From positions 140,926,001 through 140,990,000 of the forward strand of contig OZ024741.1 of NCBI GenBank assembly GCA_964016885.1: a stretch of 64,000 nt of DNA. Reading direction: 5' to 3'. Positions 21,661-35,448 of the stretch are shown here, one piece after another. Position numbers and translations under genes: made by a program. Numbering within the stretch: position 1 is the first letter of the stretch; each line of letters opens with the position of its first letter. This stretch comes from Eledone cirrhosa (Eukaryota). The notes below the pieces were generated by a model. That model was not told the origin of the DNA. It saw only the letters and a list, made by a program, of their open reading frames with translations, and made no database searches.

Positions 21661-23799
21661 TCGCAGATCTGGAGTTCAAGCCTCAAGGAAACGCCGATGC
21701 GCATGCTACCGCTATCTAGCTACGTGCCATTGGAGAAGGAGGGCAAGGAATGCAATATCTAAATAGCTTTTAACATCATTTAATCTAAGGAAAATGACAT
21801 TACGACAGATTGCACCCTTATACGTTATGAATATATTTGAGCAGAGTACAAACCACAGCAAAGGCCGGAAGGCCGCTAGTATATATATATATATATATAA
21901 TATAGATGTGTGTGTGGTATCATTTGTTTTTACTGGTGATATGCATCGCTCTACGGTTGCCATTTTGTGATAGATGTTTAGTAACATAATTCGCCAACAT
22001 CACTCCTTTGCTTCCAATATTTAATTATTTTCCTATTTAGACCTTAGAAGTTATATTGTGCATGCAGTAATTATTTTCGTTGTATGTTTCATATCTGGTT
22101 TTTCTTAATTCATGTAGGCTCAGGCTGAGTATAGTATAATTATAGCGGCTTACTGGGATACTTAATTTATTGCTTATTATTTTCATTTAGCTCTGCTTTA
22201 CATAATCTAATGCCTCTCAAACATTATCCGTTTATCGTTTCTTTCTTGTAACTATTCTGCCTAGTTCATTGGTTACTAAGTATTTTTAAGTCTGCAGTTT
22301 GTCTAGCAATGTTATCTGTTTCTTTAACAAACAAGATACCAGAGTTCCTAATTAGTTTTCCGCTTTTCAAATTTCCATTTGCGTATGTTAGTAATCTGCA
22401 CCACATATCAATTTCTCTATTAAATCCATGTAATATTTAAAACTAGATTTCTAGTTAATTCGTCATCTGCAGAATATCGTTTGTGGTTCTTGGGTGATGT
22501 TTCCTTGGGAGACCCGTTGCAAGCAATCCCACCCACATTTTCTCGAAGTCAGCAAATACATTAAGGAAATAACTATAAGTGGGAAAATAGATCAATAACA
22601 TGAATAAAAGTAAAATGAATGGGACTTAATTCATCTGGATATGTAAATTCTGATTGCATTATTTGTATGAGTATAGAGAATATCACGCCATGCATGGATA
22701 TCAAATGATCTCTTTCCCGTTTAACTGCAGGAATTAGGCTCATTCGCAAAAGAAAATATATAAAATTAATTTGTTTAATAAAAAATAAAGAAATTATGGG
22801 AAGAAAATTATTATAATAGATTCAAGTGAATAGTCGCGTCTATCTACAAGGAAAGTTTGCCGTTTGTTGACTGTACCTCAATATGAAATATATGCTAGCA
22901 TTGATTAACGGATTGGTTGAAAACATTTGCTCCAAACAAAAAAAGACGTGGAGATGCGCACACGTCTCACTTTATTGTTACTCTTTCATGAATGGTTGTA
23001 CATGCCTCTCATGCACTGATAAAAGAGTAAACACCGTTGTTTGGGTTTGATTGTTCCACTCACCAATATCTGCCGAAAGTTATTTGAGACAAAATTGCTT
23101 TTGTTTTAGTGTACATCGACCAAAATAATTTTTGTCGTACTATGTTTTTGGCTTTTTTTTACACCAAAATCACGGTATACACAAATAAAAATACAAATAC
23201 ACAAATTTAGTTGGATGTATAAATAAGTAGGGGATGTATGTGTGTGTGTGCGGGATCACATAATTTGGTAAACACTTTCTGAGAGAATTTTGGTATGAAT
23301 GCCTGGATGAAAGGCAGACAGAAATATCCTTATTTTCTTCAGACACTTTCATATGAGTTTCAACTGCATCAACAAATGCATCGCCATTATCCTTAGGTGT
23401 TTGCAACGATGTGTGCGCGTTTTGGTGGGATAATATGCGGCCATGTCACTGTATGGAATCTGTTTTTGCTTAAATCTCGTAATAGTATACGTGTCATAGA
23501 ATTTGTTATTTTGTTGTGTTGTGAATATATTTTGTACGTGCTGTACGCCAGGTAATTGGAACGTGGCATTATACTGTTGCAGCTGGCTAGACTGTCCGTT
23601 GCATGAATAATTCCTGTTGCAGTGTCATATATTTCATCGTATTGGCTGTTGTTCCTTTAGCGCATACGTTGTATTAGTTGTGGTCTTTTATTGAGTGTTT
23701 ATTGTATACAGTTGTTGTTGTATGTGCAGATGCTGCTTAAGGATTTCTAATCACCTGTTCTTAGTGGAGCTATTGTTTTGGACAATGTGAACGTTTTGA

Positions 23800-24130
23800 A
23801 ACGTTATGCAGCTTGTATGTTCATCATCTAGCTTGGACTCAGCAATCCCACTTAGCATAGACTTTATCGGGGAGGCTTAACAAGGAGATCCGCTGTAATT
23901 GGAATAATCTCTCTTGTTTCCCTTTTTGAAAATTGGGATTATGACTCCCGATTGCCATTGCTTAGGTGCCTTTCCAAAAATCCATGCCACACGGCACACA
24001 CGAATCAACCAAAAAAACCTTCTCTATTTAAGGCTTTTGATATCTCAGGCCGGGAATTCATCTTCCCCAGCGTCCTTCCTACATTTGACCTCTTTAATTG
24101 CTCTTGTGACCTTAGCCTCTGAGAGATTAT
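23800..24130 (-). mobile_element. RTE-clade LINE RT fragment (inverted)
   Basis: rc translation includes AGEDEF, WQSGVIIPIFKKG and NYSG.SLLSLP.KVY. Confidence 0.7.
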
Positions 24131-24399
24131 TCACCGCTCCCAGGGAAGGCAGGCGGCTGAATCAAGCGCAAGCATTGCAGGAGCTGGTGCAGTAATGCGT
24201 CAGCTTCAGCATTCAGTAGTCAGAAGAAGGGAGGTAGGCGTAAAAGCCAAACTCGCTACCTTCAGTTTGGCCATGAATCTAGGGTAATAACCGAAAGAAT
24301 ACGATCGAGAATACAGGCTGCTGAAATGTGGTCCCTTCGAAGGGTCTTAGGAGTAATGTTATTCTAGAAAGTGCGTAACTCAGAGATCAGAGGGTTACC

Positions 24400-24660
24400 C
24401 CTGGTAGAGCCGCTATTTCTCCGAATTCAGATATCACATCTCCGAGTACACCATCCGGCAGAAGACCGAGGGGTAGACCGCGGGCAAGATGGTTGGATAA
24501 TATCCATAAGCTTAGCTGGTCTCGCTTGGGAATCCAACCGGATCAGTTGGAGGTGGTTGCCTCTGACAGGACTCGATGGAAGAGGTATTTGAGAATTCTG
24601 CCCCCTCAACGCTCTCAGGAATAAGTGGGCGAAGAAGAAGAAGAAGAAGAAGAAGAAGAA
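24400..24660 (+). mobile_element. RTE-clade LINE 3' end with (AAG)n tail
   Basis: GRPRARWLDNIHKLSWSRLGIQP then (GAA)n. Same family as 41019-41420. Confidence 0.75.
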
Positions 24661-25623
24661 CTTTGTGATCCCTGTTATTTTGATTTCAAATCCTAGCATT
24701 GTCAACTTTAACTTTAATCCTTCCGAGTCTATAAATTAACACACCAGTTAAGTACAGGTGTTGATATATTCGACGTTTCGTGCCCTCCACCCAAATTGGT
24801 AAACTTCTGTCAATGTTAGAAAGAAAGTATTATTATCATCCTGGTATATGTTTTATGTTTGCGCTGGTGACGTGTAACTTAGCGGTTTGACACAAAGTGT
24901 GATCGATAAAATTGGTGTCAAACTGATGGTTGGTGTCATCGAATGGACTTCCCTTAATGTGGTACCCCAGCTTGGTCGCAGTGTATTGATAAAAACCTTT
25001 AAATAAAGCAAAAGAAAATACATACCATGTTTATTATTTCCAGCAGTATGAACGTATTTCGAAAGCTTAACATTAAACAATTTCTGAAAGCTGTCAATTT
25101 TGCCCATTAAACTTCACCTCATATTAGATATAACATTTTATGATGCAATGCCTACGTTCACTAAATATAATTCGTCTATAATTCACCTGGCATATAACGA
25201 AATCCAGGCGATGGATCAATCATCCTTATTACTTTGGAAATAGTAGTAAGAATATACAATTCTTCTTGATACACAAGCACTGACCAAAAATTTCATACAA
25301 CCGTAAATTATAGATGCCGTTGTATATCAATGTCATTAATCTATTGTAGAATTCCAATAGAAATGGTATGAAAGAGCTGCAAGCATTATAATATTACACT
25401 AATATACTGAAAACACAGGATCAATAATTAAATCAGAACAAGGCTCGGGGAATCTATTAATTATATAGACACTTTTAATTGAAAATGATCAACTTACTAT
25501 ATTGCATATGTAGGTAATGATTTGATAGAGGTTAGCACGTGGTATTTATCTTGGCTCTTTAAATCCTACTCTTGCCGATGTCAACTTTGGCAGTCTATAA
25601 AGTAATAATTCATTACACCGGCC

Positions 25624-25626
<3 letters not shown>

Positions 25627-25686
<60 letters not shown>

Positions 25687-25720
25687 ACTCTCTCTCTCTC
25701 TCTCTCTCTCCTTCGCTCTC
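25627..25720. repeat. (CT)n microsatellite
   Basis: Read directly. Confidence 0.97.
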
Positions 25721-26408
25721 TCAAGAAATTGGCTATGTTCCACCGGCTCATATGACATGAAGGCATCTCCTGTATCTCCAGTATAAGTCAGGGACTCGTA
25801 CCATATAATATACCATGTCTAAGCCCCATAGCTTATTATACATAGTATACAACCCATTTTACTGAGATTTTGCCATTATATTTCGTTAATATAATAGATA
25901 TTCATAACAAGCGTCTCTATATTCCGTCTATTTTTACATTAAGACTTCTTAGCTTTCTCACCTGAAAAGAGTATACTTCACTGAGAACGTCTAATACAGA
26001 CAAAGGATACCGTTGATTTTAAGATTCAAGTTAAATATCAAATCACCTCCCTTATTGCATTTTACTTATATTTTCTACAACGTTTATTTGATGAAATGGG
26101 AGTTATCTCTCTTGTTTGAACACACCACACCCTTGAATGAGTATTTCAATAATCTCAGTCAATAAACGTTATTAAGCTTGTTATATTTCTTATTTAACAC
26201 CAACCGTTTTCTTTCATATATAATGAGCAAAAAGCAAAATGATTGCCTGCGGCATTCTTTTCAACTGGATCGTTAATTTGTAATATAATGTGGGTAGAGA
26301 AGTATAGTATAAATGCTAATTACTTTATTACAATATCTGCCACATGAAATGCTGTAGGGTTTAGTGAATAGTAAAGATAGATGAAAGCGTATGCTAATTG
26401 GCTTTTAT

Positions 26409-26912
26409 GACTTTGCCTTTCATCCTTACGGGGTCGATAAAATAAAGTACCAGTAATGCACTGGGTATTTGCTGGCCTTGTGCCTAAAGTAGAAACAATT
26501 ATTAATAACTTATTAATAACTTATAAGGGCGGTGGATTGGCAGTATTGGTAGAGGGTCGGACGCCATGCTTTGACGCATAGAGTTACGGCCCTTGCCATT
26601 CTGAGTTCAAATCCCGCCGAGGTTAACTTTGCCTTTCATCCTTACGGGGTCGATAAAATAAAGTACCAGTAATACACTGGATATTTGCTGGCCTTGTTCC
26701 TAACGTAGAAACAATTATTAATAACTTATTTAGGGCGGTGGATTGGCAGTATCGGTAGAGGGTCGAACACCATGCTTTGGCGCATAGAGATACGGCCCTT
26801 GCCATTCTAAGTTCAAATCCCGCAGAGGTTAACTTTGCTTTTCATCCTCATGGGGTCGATAAAATAAAGTACCGGTAATACACTGGCCTTGTGCCAAAAA
26901 CTAGAAACAGTT
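26409..26912 (+). mobile_element. Tandem array of family A SINEs (1 partial + 2 full)
   Basis: Units start near 26409, 26527 and 26732, separated by ATTAATAACTT spacers. Confidence 0.9.
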
Positions 26913-27389
26913 ATTAATAACTTATATATCAGGCAGATTGTCTTGCAAAAGATTGTTAATCATGTGATATAATTAGACATATATGATGGCGTGGTTTTAT
27001 GGTTAAGGTACTGAGCCCACGATCGTGAGTTCGGTTTCCAAACATGGCAGTGCCACTGTCCTTGAACAAGAGAATTTATTTTACGCTGATTCAGTTGACA
27101 ATGCTGGTACAAATGTGTTGCCAAGCTATATCAGTCCTTGATTCTCTCCTGGATATATTATACAATGTATACGTATAGTGTGACGACAGCGGTGCCAGGA
27201 TCTATTGTACTTTGCCGTTCACCATTTTAGCATCTATGACTGCTGGGTTTTCCCAAAGACATCTTTTCTATGCTTCCGCAAATCCATGGTTAATTATGAC
27301 CGATGTGGAGCTGTAATTCTAAAGGGGTAGCTATTATATATGGTGCCATATCTGTTACAATCATATTATGGATAGTGAATTTAATGTGA

Positions 27390-27575
27390 TGGTGTATTGG
27401 CAGTATCGGTAGAGGGTTGGACGCCATGCTTTCTAGCATAGTTACGTCCCTTTACAGTCTGAGTTCAAATTCCGCCGAGGTTAACTTTGCCTTTCATCCT
27501 TACGGGGTCGATAAAATAAAGTACCAGTAATGTACTGGGTAATTGCTGGCCTTGTGCCTAAAGTAGAAACAATTA
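27390..27575 (+). mobile_element. Family A SINE with target-site duplication
   Basis: ATTATGGATAGTGAATTTAA occurs on both sides (about 27365 and 27572). Confidence 0.9.
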
Positions 27576-28099
27576 TGGATAGTGAATTTAACTAGGAAAT
27601 CGGAAGACGTTTTCTAAACATAGTGCTTTTACATTGGGAGAATGCTAAATATTCAGAGCAGTATTATTTCCTCAATATATCAAAGGTAACGAGTGAAACT
27701 CCCCTTCTGTGGAATGCGATAAGTGAATGGGAATGAATGCGACCTGTGTCACTGAGAGCCCATGAACTGATATATTATGAGTAAGTTGAGAGCGAACTAG
27801 CTATAGTATGATTGATTGGTTGAGAGCCAAGGATCTGCAGTATTATTGGTAGATTGGGAGTCAAGGATCTGGAGTATCATTGGTAGGTAAATTTGGAGGA
27901 AAGGGATTCTCGTTATGAATTGTTCATCTTTGTGATAACATGATAGTGATTGATATGAAGTTCTGTGTTCTATATCTAGCAGGTCGGTTGATATAGAATA
28001 TCATTGATAGATATATTGTTGCGAAAGAGGGTATATCAATCCTTCTTTCAATGTTTACTCTTCCTCATAGATCGGAGGACCAAGTAAAAGCGTATCAAG

Positions 28100-31000
28100 A
28101 AAACGCACTTCAGTCAGTTGTCAATGGTACCCATAGCTGACTGGCACTAGGTTTGCCTTCTAAGGCACAATCCTGAGCAGGGTAATTTGTGGAAGGCCAG
28201 CAGTTCTTAATGCATGCAAATGTCTTCTTTCTGCGACTCAGGTGTTGTCTAAAGAAAAGGCAAATGCCGATACATCTTGCCACTCTTTGCAACTCTTTTT
28301 ATCCGGCTCTACGGAGCTACGAGAAATATAGTGTTTTTTTAAAAGACACAACACGCTTCCTTATCTGAAAAGCAAGCTCATCACCTGTGCCTCTGCTTGC
28401 ATTCAAGTAGAAACTACTTACCTTCATTTTCATTTACAGGGGTGATTACTTTGTGGAAAATAGCCAGTTGCTCAGGATTCAATGTTGACAGTTCATTTAT
28501 GTTTGCTTGCAATTGGTGTGTATTGAAATCAGTTTCTGCCACAAGAACCCTGTTGATTTCTGGTATGGCAACAATAGTTGGGTCTGGCCGAGGAAGTCCA
28601 TAGTTGACATGAATGTCCAAGCCATCATGTTGAAGTCTTTGTTGGATCTTCTGTAAAATAATCTGCCAGTTTGCTTGGACATGACTTGCTCATGACGTTC
28701 ATGCAAGTCAATTCTTCCATTTCTCCCTGAACTGCAGAGGGTCATTTGGCATGCAGTACAATAAAATGGTGCAGCAGATTTCTCGCGGCTGAGGACACAG
28801 CTTAATGGATGAGACCTCTTCCATAGCTTTATCTTTTTCACCATCTTCATCAAACAGACCAAGTTTCCTGCAGGCTTCTTGGAATGTTGGAAATTCAACT
28901 CCTTCAATTGTCCTCAAATCTTTGTATGAAGTTGACCTTGCCTTGTGATGTAGGATCATCCTGAGGTAATATAATTCATATTGATGTCTTTTTAGAGATA
29001 ATGTTGGAATGCATCCAAGTGTTTCACTCATAAATTTTTGATCCCCATCCAGATGTGCTCTTTTTCTTCTTTTCCACTTTTTGTTTGTTCAAGTGAAATA
29101 TTTAGGAATATTAATATACAATATATTTTGAGCCAGTGTGTCTCTAATATTCAGTTGAAAATATTCCGTCAACTTAACCATTGGCTGTCTCCTAGAAACA
29201 ACACATTCTTCCTGTCCTCGTTCATACATGACCATTTGTTCCCCAGGTAAATGGCAAGGCAACTTTTCAACTGGCGGTTCCCGATGATGTAACGGAAATT
29301 TATAGAATCTCCAGAATGCTTCACTGGCTGAGATGTACCGTGCATTGATATAGCTCTCAATCTCAATTTGGGCATGAACACAATTTCCTTGATCATCTTT
29401 AATAGTGAAAGTGATCTTGTCTGATCCTTTTGTGATGTACTTATATAAGTACTTAATAGCCTTGACACTGTGGACAACCTCACAATATATGTGGCACTGA
29501 TATCTTAAGAGACGAAAGGGCTGTTTGGAACAATCCAACGATTATCAACAGTAAATTCTTGAACTTTAAGTTGGATTGTTTGGGTGGGACCACCATGTTC
29601 TCTAAACTTCCTTCTATATTCTAGAAAGAATTTTCGGCAACAAATGTGATTTGTCTGAATGCCTTAGGATAACTTTTGGAGCAATGACGTTATTTTCATA
29701 GCCCTTCCATACATGAACACATCGTATTTGCTTGTCCACATGGGCCATGAATGTTGCAGGGTGTGATGATCTTATGCAGAATTGGATTGGTCTTTTTATC
29801 AGGAATCTTACAGTACACTACCTGATCAAAGGCATCTGCAATTTTGGGCTTGCTATCTTCAGCCATTATCAGCAGAATATAAGCATGAGTGAGGCCTTGT
29901 TTCTGCCACTCTATTGTAGCAGAATGAGCCACAGCATTTCCTAGGACATTTTTTTCAGTACGTCATCCATGAGGCTGTCATACTTGATCTTGAAGACTCT
30001 TGCACAAATATCAGGACGATCTCTAGGTTCCCTAGGTTAGGGTTAGTTGTTACTGTGATAAAATAAGATGGTTTCCCCATGTGTCGAATCACAGTCATCG
30101 AATTCTGGAAGCACTGACAGTAGAGGTGAGGGGAACCATAGATTGAAGGAGGAAGAACAATTCTCGAGCCTGCATTTACTGAATCTCCTTCAGCCACAGC
30201 ATCATACAATCCCTTATACTTTTCAGCTCGTATCATGGTTTGATTGTTGTGGGCCCATTTGAGACGACAATGTTCTATTTTTGCCTGGGCATCTACAGCA
30301 TATTGCTGCATCACCCGCCTGCTCTTCATAATAATGTTACAATAACCTTGCCTAACCTGAAACCGATAACAGAAGAAATCAGTGGGTGTGAGTATGTCAA
30401 TCCTTTTCAAACCAGCCTGAAACCCACCATTCCTCCAAGGAAACGGTAGCACATAATGCAGAGAATCGTAAGAACGGTGCAACTGATGAATTCTTTGAAG
30501 ATCACCATCTCTTTTACAGACCTAATGCTGTATCAGGTTGTATAACAGCAATCTCAGATGTCATGGGAAGATTATATGTGCGACAATGAAAATCAGTGGA
30601 TTTTACTTTGTCAGCATGTAGGAACATATTCACATTTTCTGAGACTGGCATTTCAATGACTGTCTTGAAGCTTTTTATATATGTGTTGCAGTAGTACAAG
30701 TCTTTTTGCAGGTCCTGCAGGACAGAAGCATCCACATTAGCATGATGCAAGCGATTCTGAAGCTGATGAGCCGTATCATAAAAGTAAAGCTGCGCAAACT
30801 TGGGTGAAGCATCACTTGGAAGTAGTGATCCAACAACATGACTAACCTTACCTTGGATCATAAATGTGGGACTAAATCCTGGTGGTCTAATCTCTTTGCA
30901 ACCAATTGCAAGCACATTATTATATGCACTTATCTTATGGAGAAAAGAGTTTCCTGCTTGAGTGGTATCGAATTATTTCAGTTTATTTGGAGGAGGGAGT

Positions 31001-31150
31001 TGAGGCAGTTTCACTTTTCTCTGGAAGCAGCACGGGATATGGGCTCATGTGTTCAGCGATAAGCTTCGCAGTGCGGACAAACAGTGTCTTCCTACATTAT
31101 GTTGTGTCATTATGGAAAGAACAGTGTGCTCCTGGAAAAGTTCCTCTGTA
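28100..31150 (-). pseudogene. Helitron RepHel (HUH Rep + Pif1-like helicase) decayed gene
   Basis: Collinear frameshifted pieces: PTFMIQGKVSHVVGSLLP/PKFAQLYFYD, YDSLHYVLPFP, QQYAVDAQAKIE..RL, RIVLPPSIYGSP, GKPSYFITVTTNP, IEWQKQGLTHAYILL, HGPCG, KYLYKYITKGSD, ARYISASEAFWR, HLPGEQ, YYLRMIL, TFQEACRKLGL, LNPEQ. Confidence 0.93.
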
Positions 31151-31427
31151 GGTTACATATCATTTCCATCTAATTATCACGCTCTTAGTGAATGGTGACA
31201 TGGCATCAAGAAATAGCTATATCAGCTTCATTGGAAGAAAGTCTACTGATATCTTGAGTTCATTCATATATTGTCTGCCAATATCCTAAAAGCCTAATTG
31301 ATTGCAAATCTCGTGTAAATCTTCAGCACCTTCCCTGCTAAATCCAGGTATAGTAGGGTTTATGTTTACCACAACATATCATTTGGAAGATAATTTGTCA
31401 GAGACAATCTATCGTAACGCGATGTAA

Positions 31428-31546
31428 TTTACTTAGCTATTTAATCAATTTGATCTCCCGGGGAAAGGTGGTAAAACGTGGCAAATTTAGAAAAGGTATC
31501 AATACTTTTTTATACGAGGAACCACAGTGACACACACACACACACA

Positions 31547-31610
<64 letters not shown>

Positions 31611-31635
31611 CACACGCACGCACGCACGCACGCAC

Positions 31636-31668
<33 letters not shown>

Positions 31669-32630
31669 TGGGTATATAGGTGCAAGATAATTACGTCCGT
31701 AGGTGGTATGCCGGGTGAGCACACGATGCTCAGACAGAGCAGAGTATAAGAGTATAAGAACAAAGAATCATAACATATTTAATTGCATCATAGCATATTT
31801 AATAACACCTGTCATATGTTTCACTATCGAACAGCTCGACGAACGATCTATTATTGATCACACCTGACTCTGAAATCGAAAGGTCCTTAGATATGCCTCA
31901 ATATGTAAGATCATCTCTGATTTTGTGTGAATATCTCCAGTACCTTGTTATATTTACCACATTCCAACAACGTGGTATACTGCGGTCTCCGCTCATTGGT
32001 TCGTTGTCTATCCTAAAATCGGTTTATTTACAAAACAACATCTATCCTTCATCCGGTCAAGACATCGCGTGTATTCATGCATGAATACACGTCTTTCATG
32101 CATGAAAGACTGTCTGCCTGTCTTCCACATCCACACTTGTTTGAAACGCTCGTTAGGCTAAAGTCATACTGAGGATGCTCTAGTGTCAGTACGTGCGTGT
32201 CAGATTTGTGAGTGTACGTCCGTATTTGTCTGTCTTTCATGTCCAGAGTATAATTGTTCCTCTTTCCCCTACTTATCAACACTAACGCATCCTCAGTATG
32301 ACTTATAGCCTGACGCAGGTATGTCAAACATGCGGCCCTTTACAAGCACACCCGGGCCGCGGTTGTGCTTGTAAAGGTTTTTAAAATGAGAGCAGCATGT
32401 TTTATTTTCGTAATATAAAATTTAGAAAATTAGTTCTAATATGCACAATAACTTGTTGTGTGTGCCCCTTTACTTAGCTATTTAATCAATTTGATCTCCC
32501 GGGAAAAGGTGGTAAAACGTGGCAAATTTAGAAAAGGTATCAATACTTTTTTATATGAGGAACCACAGTGACACACACACACACACACACGCACGCACGC
32601 ACGCACCCACGCACGCACGCACGCACGCAC
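31428..32630 (+). repeat. Direct duplication of about 100 bp plus (CA)/(CACG)n (31428-31560 and 32469-32630)
   Basis: TTTACTTAGCTATTTAATCAATTTGATCTCCCGG...GAACCACAGTGACACAC present twice. Confidence 0.85.
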
Positions 32631-32850
32631 GTTGATGGAATGTGGTAAATATAACAAGTTATTGGAGATACTTTCACAAAATCAGAGACGAGCTTACATA
32701 TTGAGGCATATCTGAGGATCTTTCGATTCCAGAGTCAGGCTCGATCAATAATAGGTCGTTCTTCGAGCTGATCGACAGTGAAACATATGTAATAGGTTAT
32801 TAAATATGTTATGATGCAACACTGATTCTTTGTTCCTTTATTCTTATACT
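31743..32850. mobile_element. Inverted PLE pseudo-LTR pair (31743-31973 / 32628-32850)
   Basis: Diverged reverse-complement arms. Right arm has an intact hammerhead, left arm a mutated one (CTAAGGA). Confidence 0.75.
32709..32794 (+). ncRNA. Type I hammerhead ribozyme
   Basis: TAT-CTGAGGA-..TCGAT..GCTCGA...TCGAGC..ATCGA..-GAAA-CATATG-TA-ATA. Palindrome ACATATGT. Confidence 0.7.
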
Positions 32851-34350
32851 ATATATATCTATTATATAAATGTGAAATGGGCGAAAGTTGTCTGAGTCGT
32901 GTCTGGATACAATGCTCTCATTGTCATGAAAATTTACACATTAATGTAAAAGGTGCTGAGGAATCGACTGGTCTACTTGGGGTTATCTAAATTGAAAAAT
33001 GTGGTCTCTAGGGAAAAATGTGGTCTCTAGGGCAAAACGGTCTTTTTCTATCGAATTTACCTCCCTTTAGTTTCTTAGCTTTACTCTCTCCGTCGCTCTT
33101 CCCTCTCTCTATAATAGATCATTCCCCCTCTCTATAATTTAACTGATTTACTCTCTCTGTTGCTCTTCACTCCCTATATGACAACACTGCAGAGAGAGAT
33201 AGGCCGTTAGACAGAGAGAGATACAATTAAAGGGTTAGATATTCAGAGAGAGAGAGAGAGGGAGAGAGAAAGAGAGACAGAGAGGGACCAGCAAACTTTA
33301 GTTAACGTTCAGTCACGTGTTATATATCTTTGATCTGTCGTCGCTCGCATAGCACACACACACATACACTCGATACTTATATAAAGCTGAGCGTCGTGTG
33401 TATGTATGTATGTCGGGTCACTCTTGAGTGCTACTGATAACATGTAACGCAGTACAACCTGTCGCATGGTCGGGTCGTCGGCAACTAAACCGGCAAGCCT
33501 ACCAAGTTTACTTGGTGAGGAGGGTGATTTTGGACACCCTGCAGGACAAAAAACAAAACCTGACAAAGGGCGGAAGAACTCATAAGAGTCAACGGCCATC
33601 CAAAAGTGTGTAAATATGTATATACACATGTACATGTTTGTGTATATGTGTATATGCATGGGTGCATGTGTATGTATATGGGCGGGGACATAGAAATAGT
33701 CGGGCTGGACACCCGATCGCGCGGTTAAACCACTGGGAGTGAAGGACCCCTAGCCTTTCTCAGGGCATTCTTCTAGGAGAAGACAACTGAGGAAACTGAG
33801 GTACCTCCGATATAAAACCTGCGGCTCTGTAGTTAACAATGATGTTGATCTTTTCTTCTTTTCGGATTATAGCTACTGTCGCTCAGAGAGTGGGATTGGC
33901 TCAGTGCACAGTCTTTCGTCACTTTAAAAATATCTGCACGTACAGGCATTGCATGATAGAATTAATTAATTATTATTAATAATGGTATATCGTGCAATGG
34001 CCATACTCGATAACGAGGGTCAGCCATCTTGTATGTATCCTACACACCTCCCTATACTATTTAACCTAAAATACTTTTATATCCATCTCTTAGTGAAGCA
34101 TTTCCAATTCATTATACGTAAACAATGACATTAATTTTTTCGCTTTTAGCTTAGCATGCATTTTACATTCAATGCCTCCCCTTTTTAATGCAACTTTTTA
34201 TTGAAACGACTACGTGCTCTCAGTGGTTCAGAATTTAACCTAAAATACTTTTACACTGCTTCTATAGTATCGTTATACGATATGCCTAACCCAAAACGAC
34301 CAGTATTTTCTTCTAAACGAAATAAAATCCTTAAATTTCGATGAATGGAG

Positions 34351-34360
34351 GCGCATGCGC
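34351..34360. promoter_or_regulatory. NRF1-type palindrome GCGCATGCGC (possible promoter)
   Basis: Exact consensus in non-repetitive sequence, with a donor-like CTG|GTATGT at 34461 and a YY1-like ATGGCGG at about 34570. Confidence 0.35.
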
Positions 34361-34741
34361 AGGTACGTTTTTTTATCTATATCCTTTGTTATTTTGCTTC
34401 TTTTATCTCCATAAAAATATTATTTCTGTTTTGAGAAGTTGTAAAACAGTTGACCAGCTGGTATGTGTATGAGCATTTCTTCTAACTTGAATTTTATACC
34501 TAATTGTGTATGGTTGGCGGTATATTTAATCGATTTCCACGTGCTGTTGAAATGTTAGGTAACTATTCTATGGCGGTTGACCGCGAAGAGATTGCTGTCG
34601 TTTATTTATCTACTATTTCTTCATAGCTGCCTTTTAATCTTATAGCCTGGTCTAATTGATTTTTTGTGTGGTTAATTATGCTAATTGGGAGAGGAAATGG
34701 TGTATATATATTATCAAATGATTCTATGGACATCCTTTATA

Positions 34742-34801
<60 letters not shown>

Positions 34802-34975
34802 ACAATGCTATTAAATAAATGGAAACTATATTTATAAAACTATATTTATTCAATTATATATATTTCAAGGGTAACAAAATTTTGGTACGCAATCATCATA
34901 TAAAATACAAAATGTTTTATAAATATTTAACATGACCAACGGTTCAAGTCATCCCTGGATGTATTGTATATCTAC

Positions 34976-35312
34976 GGCGTAGATATACGATAAAATATAG
35001 ATATACATATACAATACAACAGGAGGAACATAATAGCACGACTGACTATGTTGCAGATATGCAACGAAAGAACTTTGTTAGACTATATATATATATATTT
35101 ATATCTATATTATATCTGTATTTTTTACCGTTGGTCAGTTAATGGTAAACATTGAGGACCGAATGAATTAACTGATATAAAAGATACAGAACCAAACAAT
35201 TAGTATGTTCTGTTATTAATTCTGGCACAATATTTTTACAACAATATGACCCTCCCCAAGTATAACAATATTTGTTTCGACACATGGTTTCATATCAAAA
35301 ACCTCGCAAAAC
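34976..35312 (+). mobile_element. Solo pseudo-LTR + tail related to the PLE at 1-3826
   Basis: Collinear with 3491-3826. Hammerhead at 35038-35079 has a mutated core (CTGACTA). Confidence 0.85.
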
Positions 35313-35313
35313 A

Positions 35314-35346
<33 letters not shown>

Positions 35347-35369
35347 TTGTTTCCACAAACCGAATAAAG

Positions 35370-35404
<35 letters not shown>

Positions 35405-35448
35405 TATTATATATGTATATATATGCATATTATGCATATTAACGGCAT

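Noticed and set aside
26527-26620. tRNA-like A/B boxes
   Set aside because: SINE heads with no complete cloverleaf, so not tRNA genes.
32134-32187. Possible type II hammerhead permutation (GAAA-CGCTCG-TT ... CTGAGGA)
   Set aside because: Helices I and II are not flush with the core.
33410-33900. GC-rich segments resembling RTE 5' UTRs, possible HDV-like ribozyme
   Set aside because: I could not build the nested double pseudoknot by eye. Needs a descriptor search.
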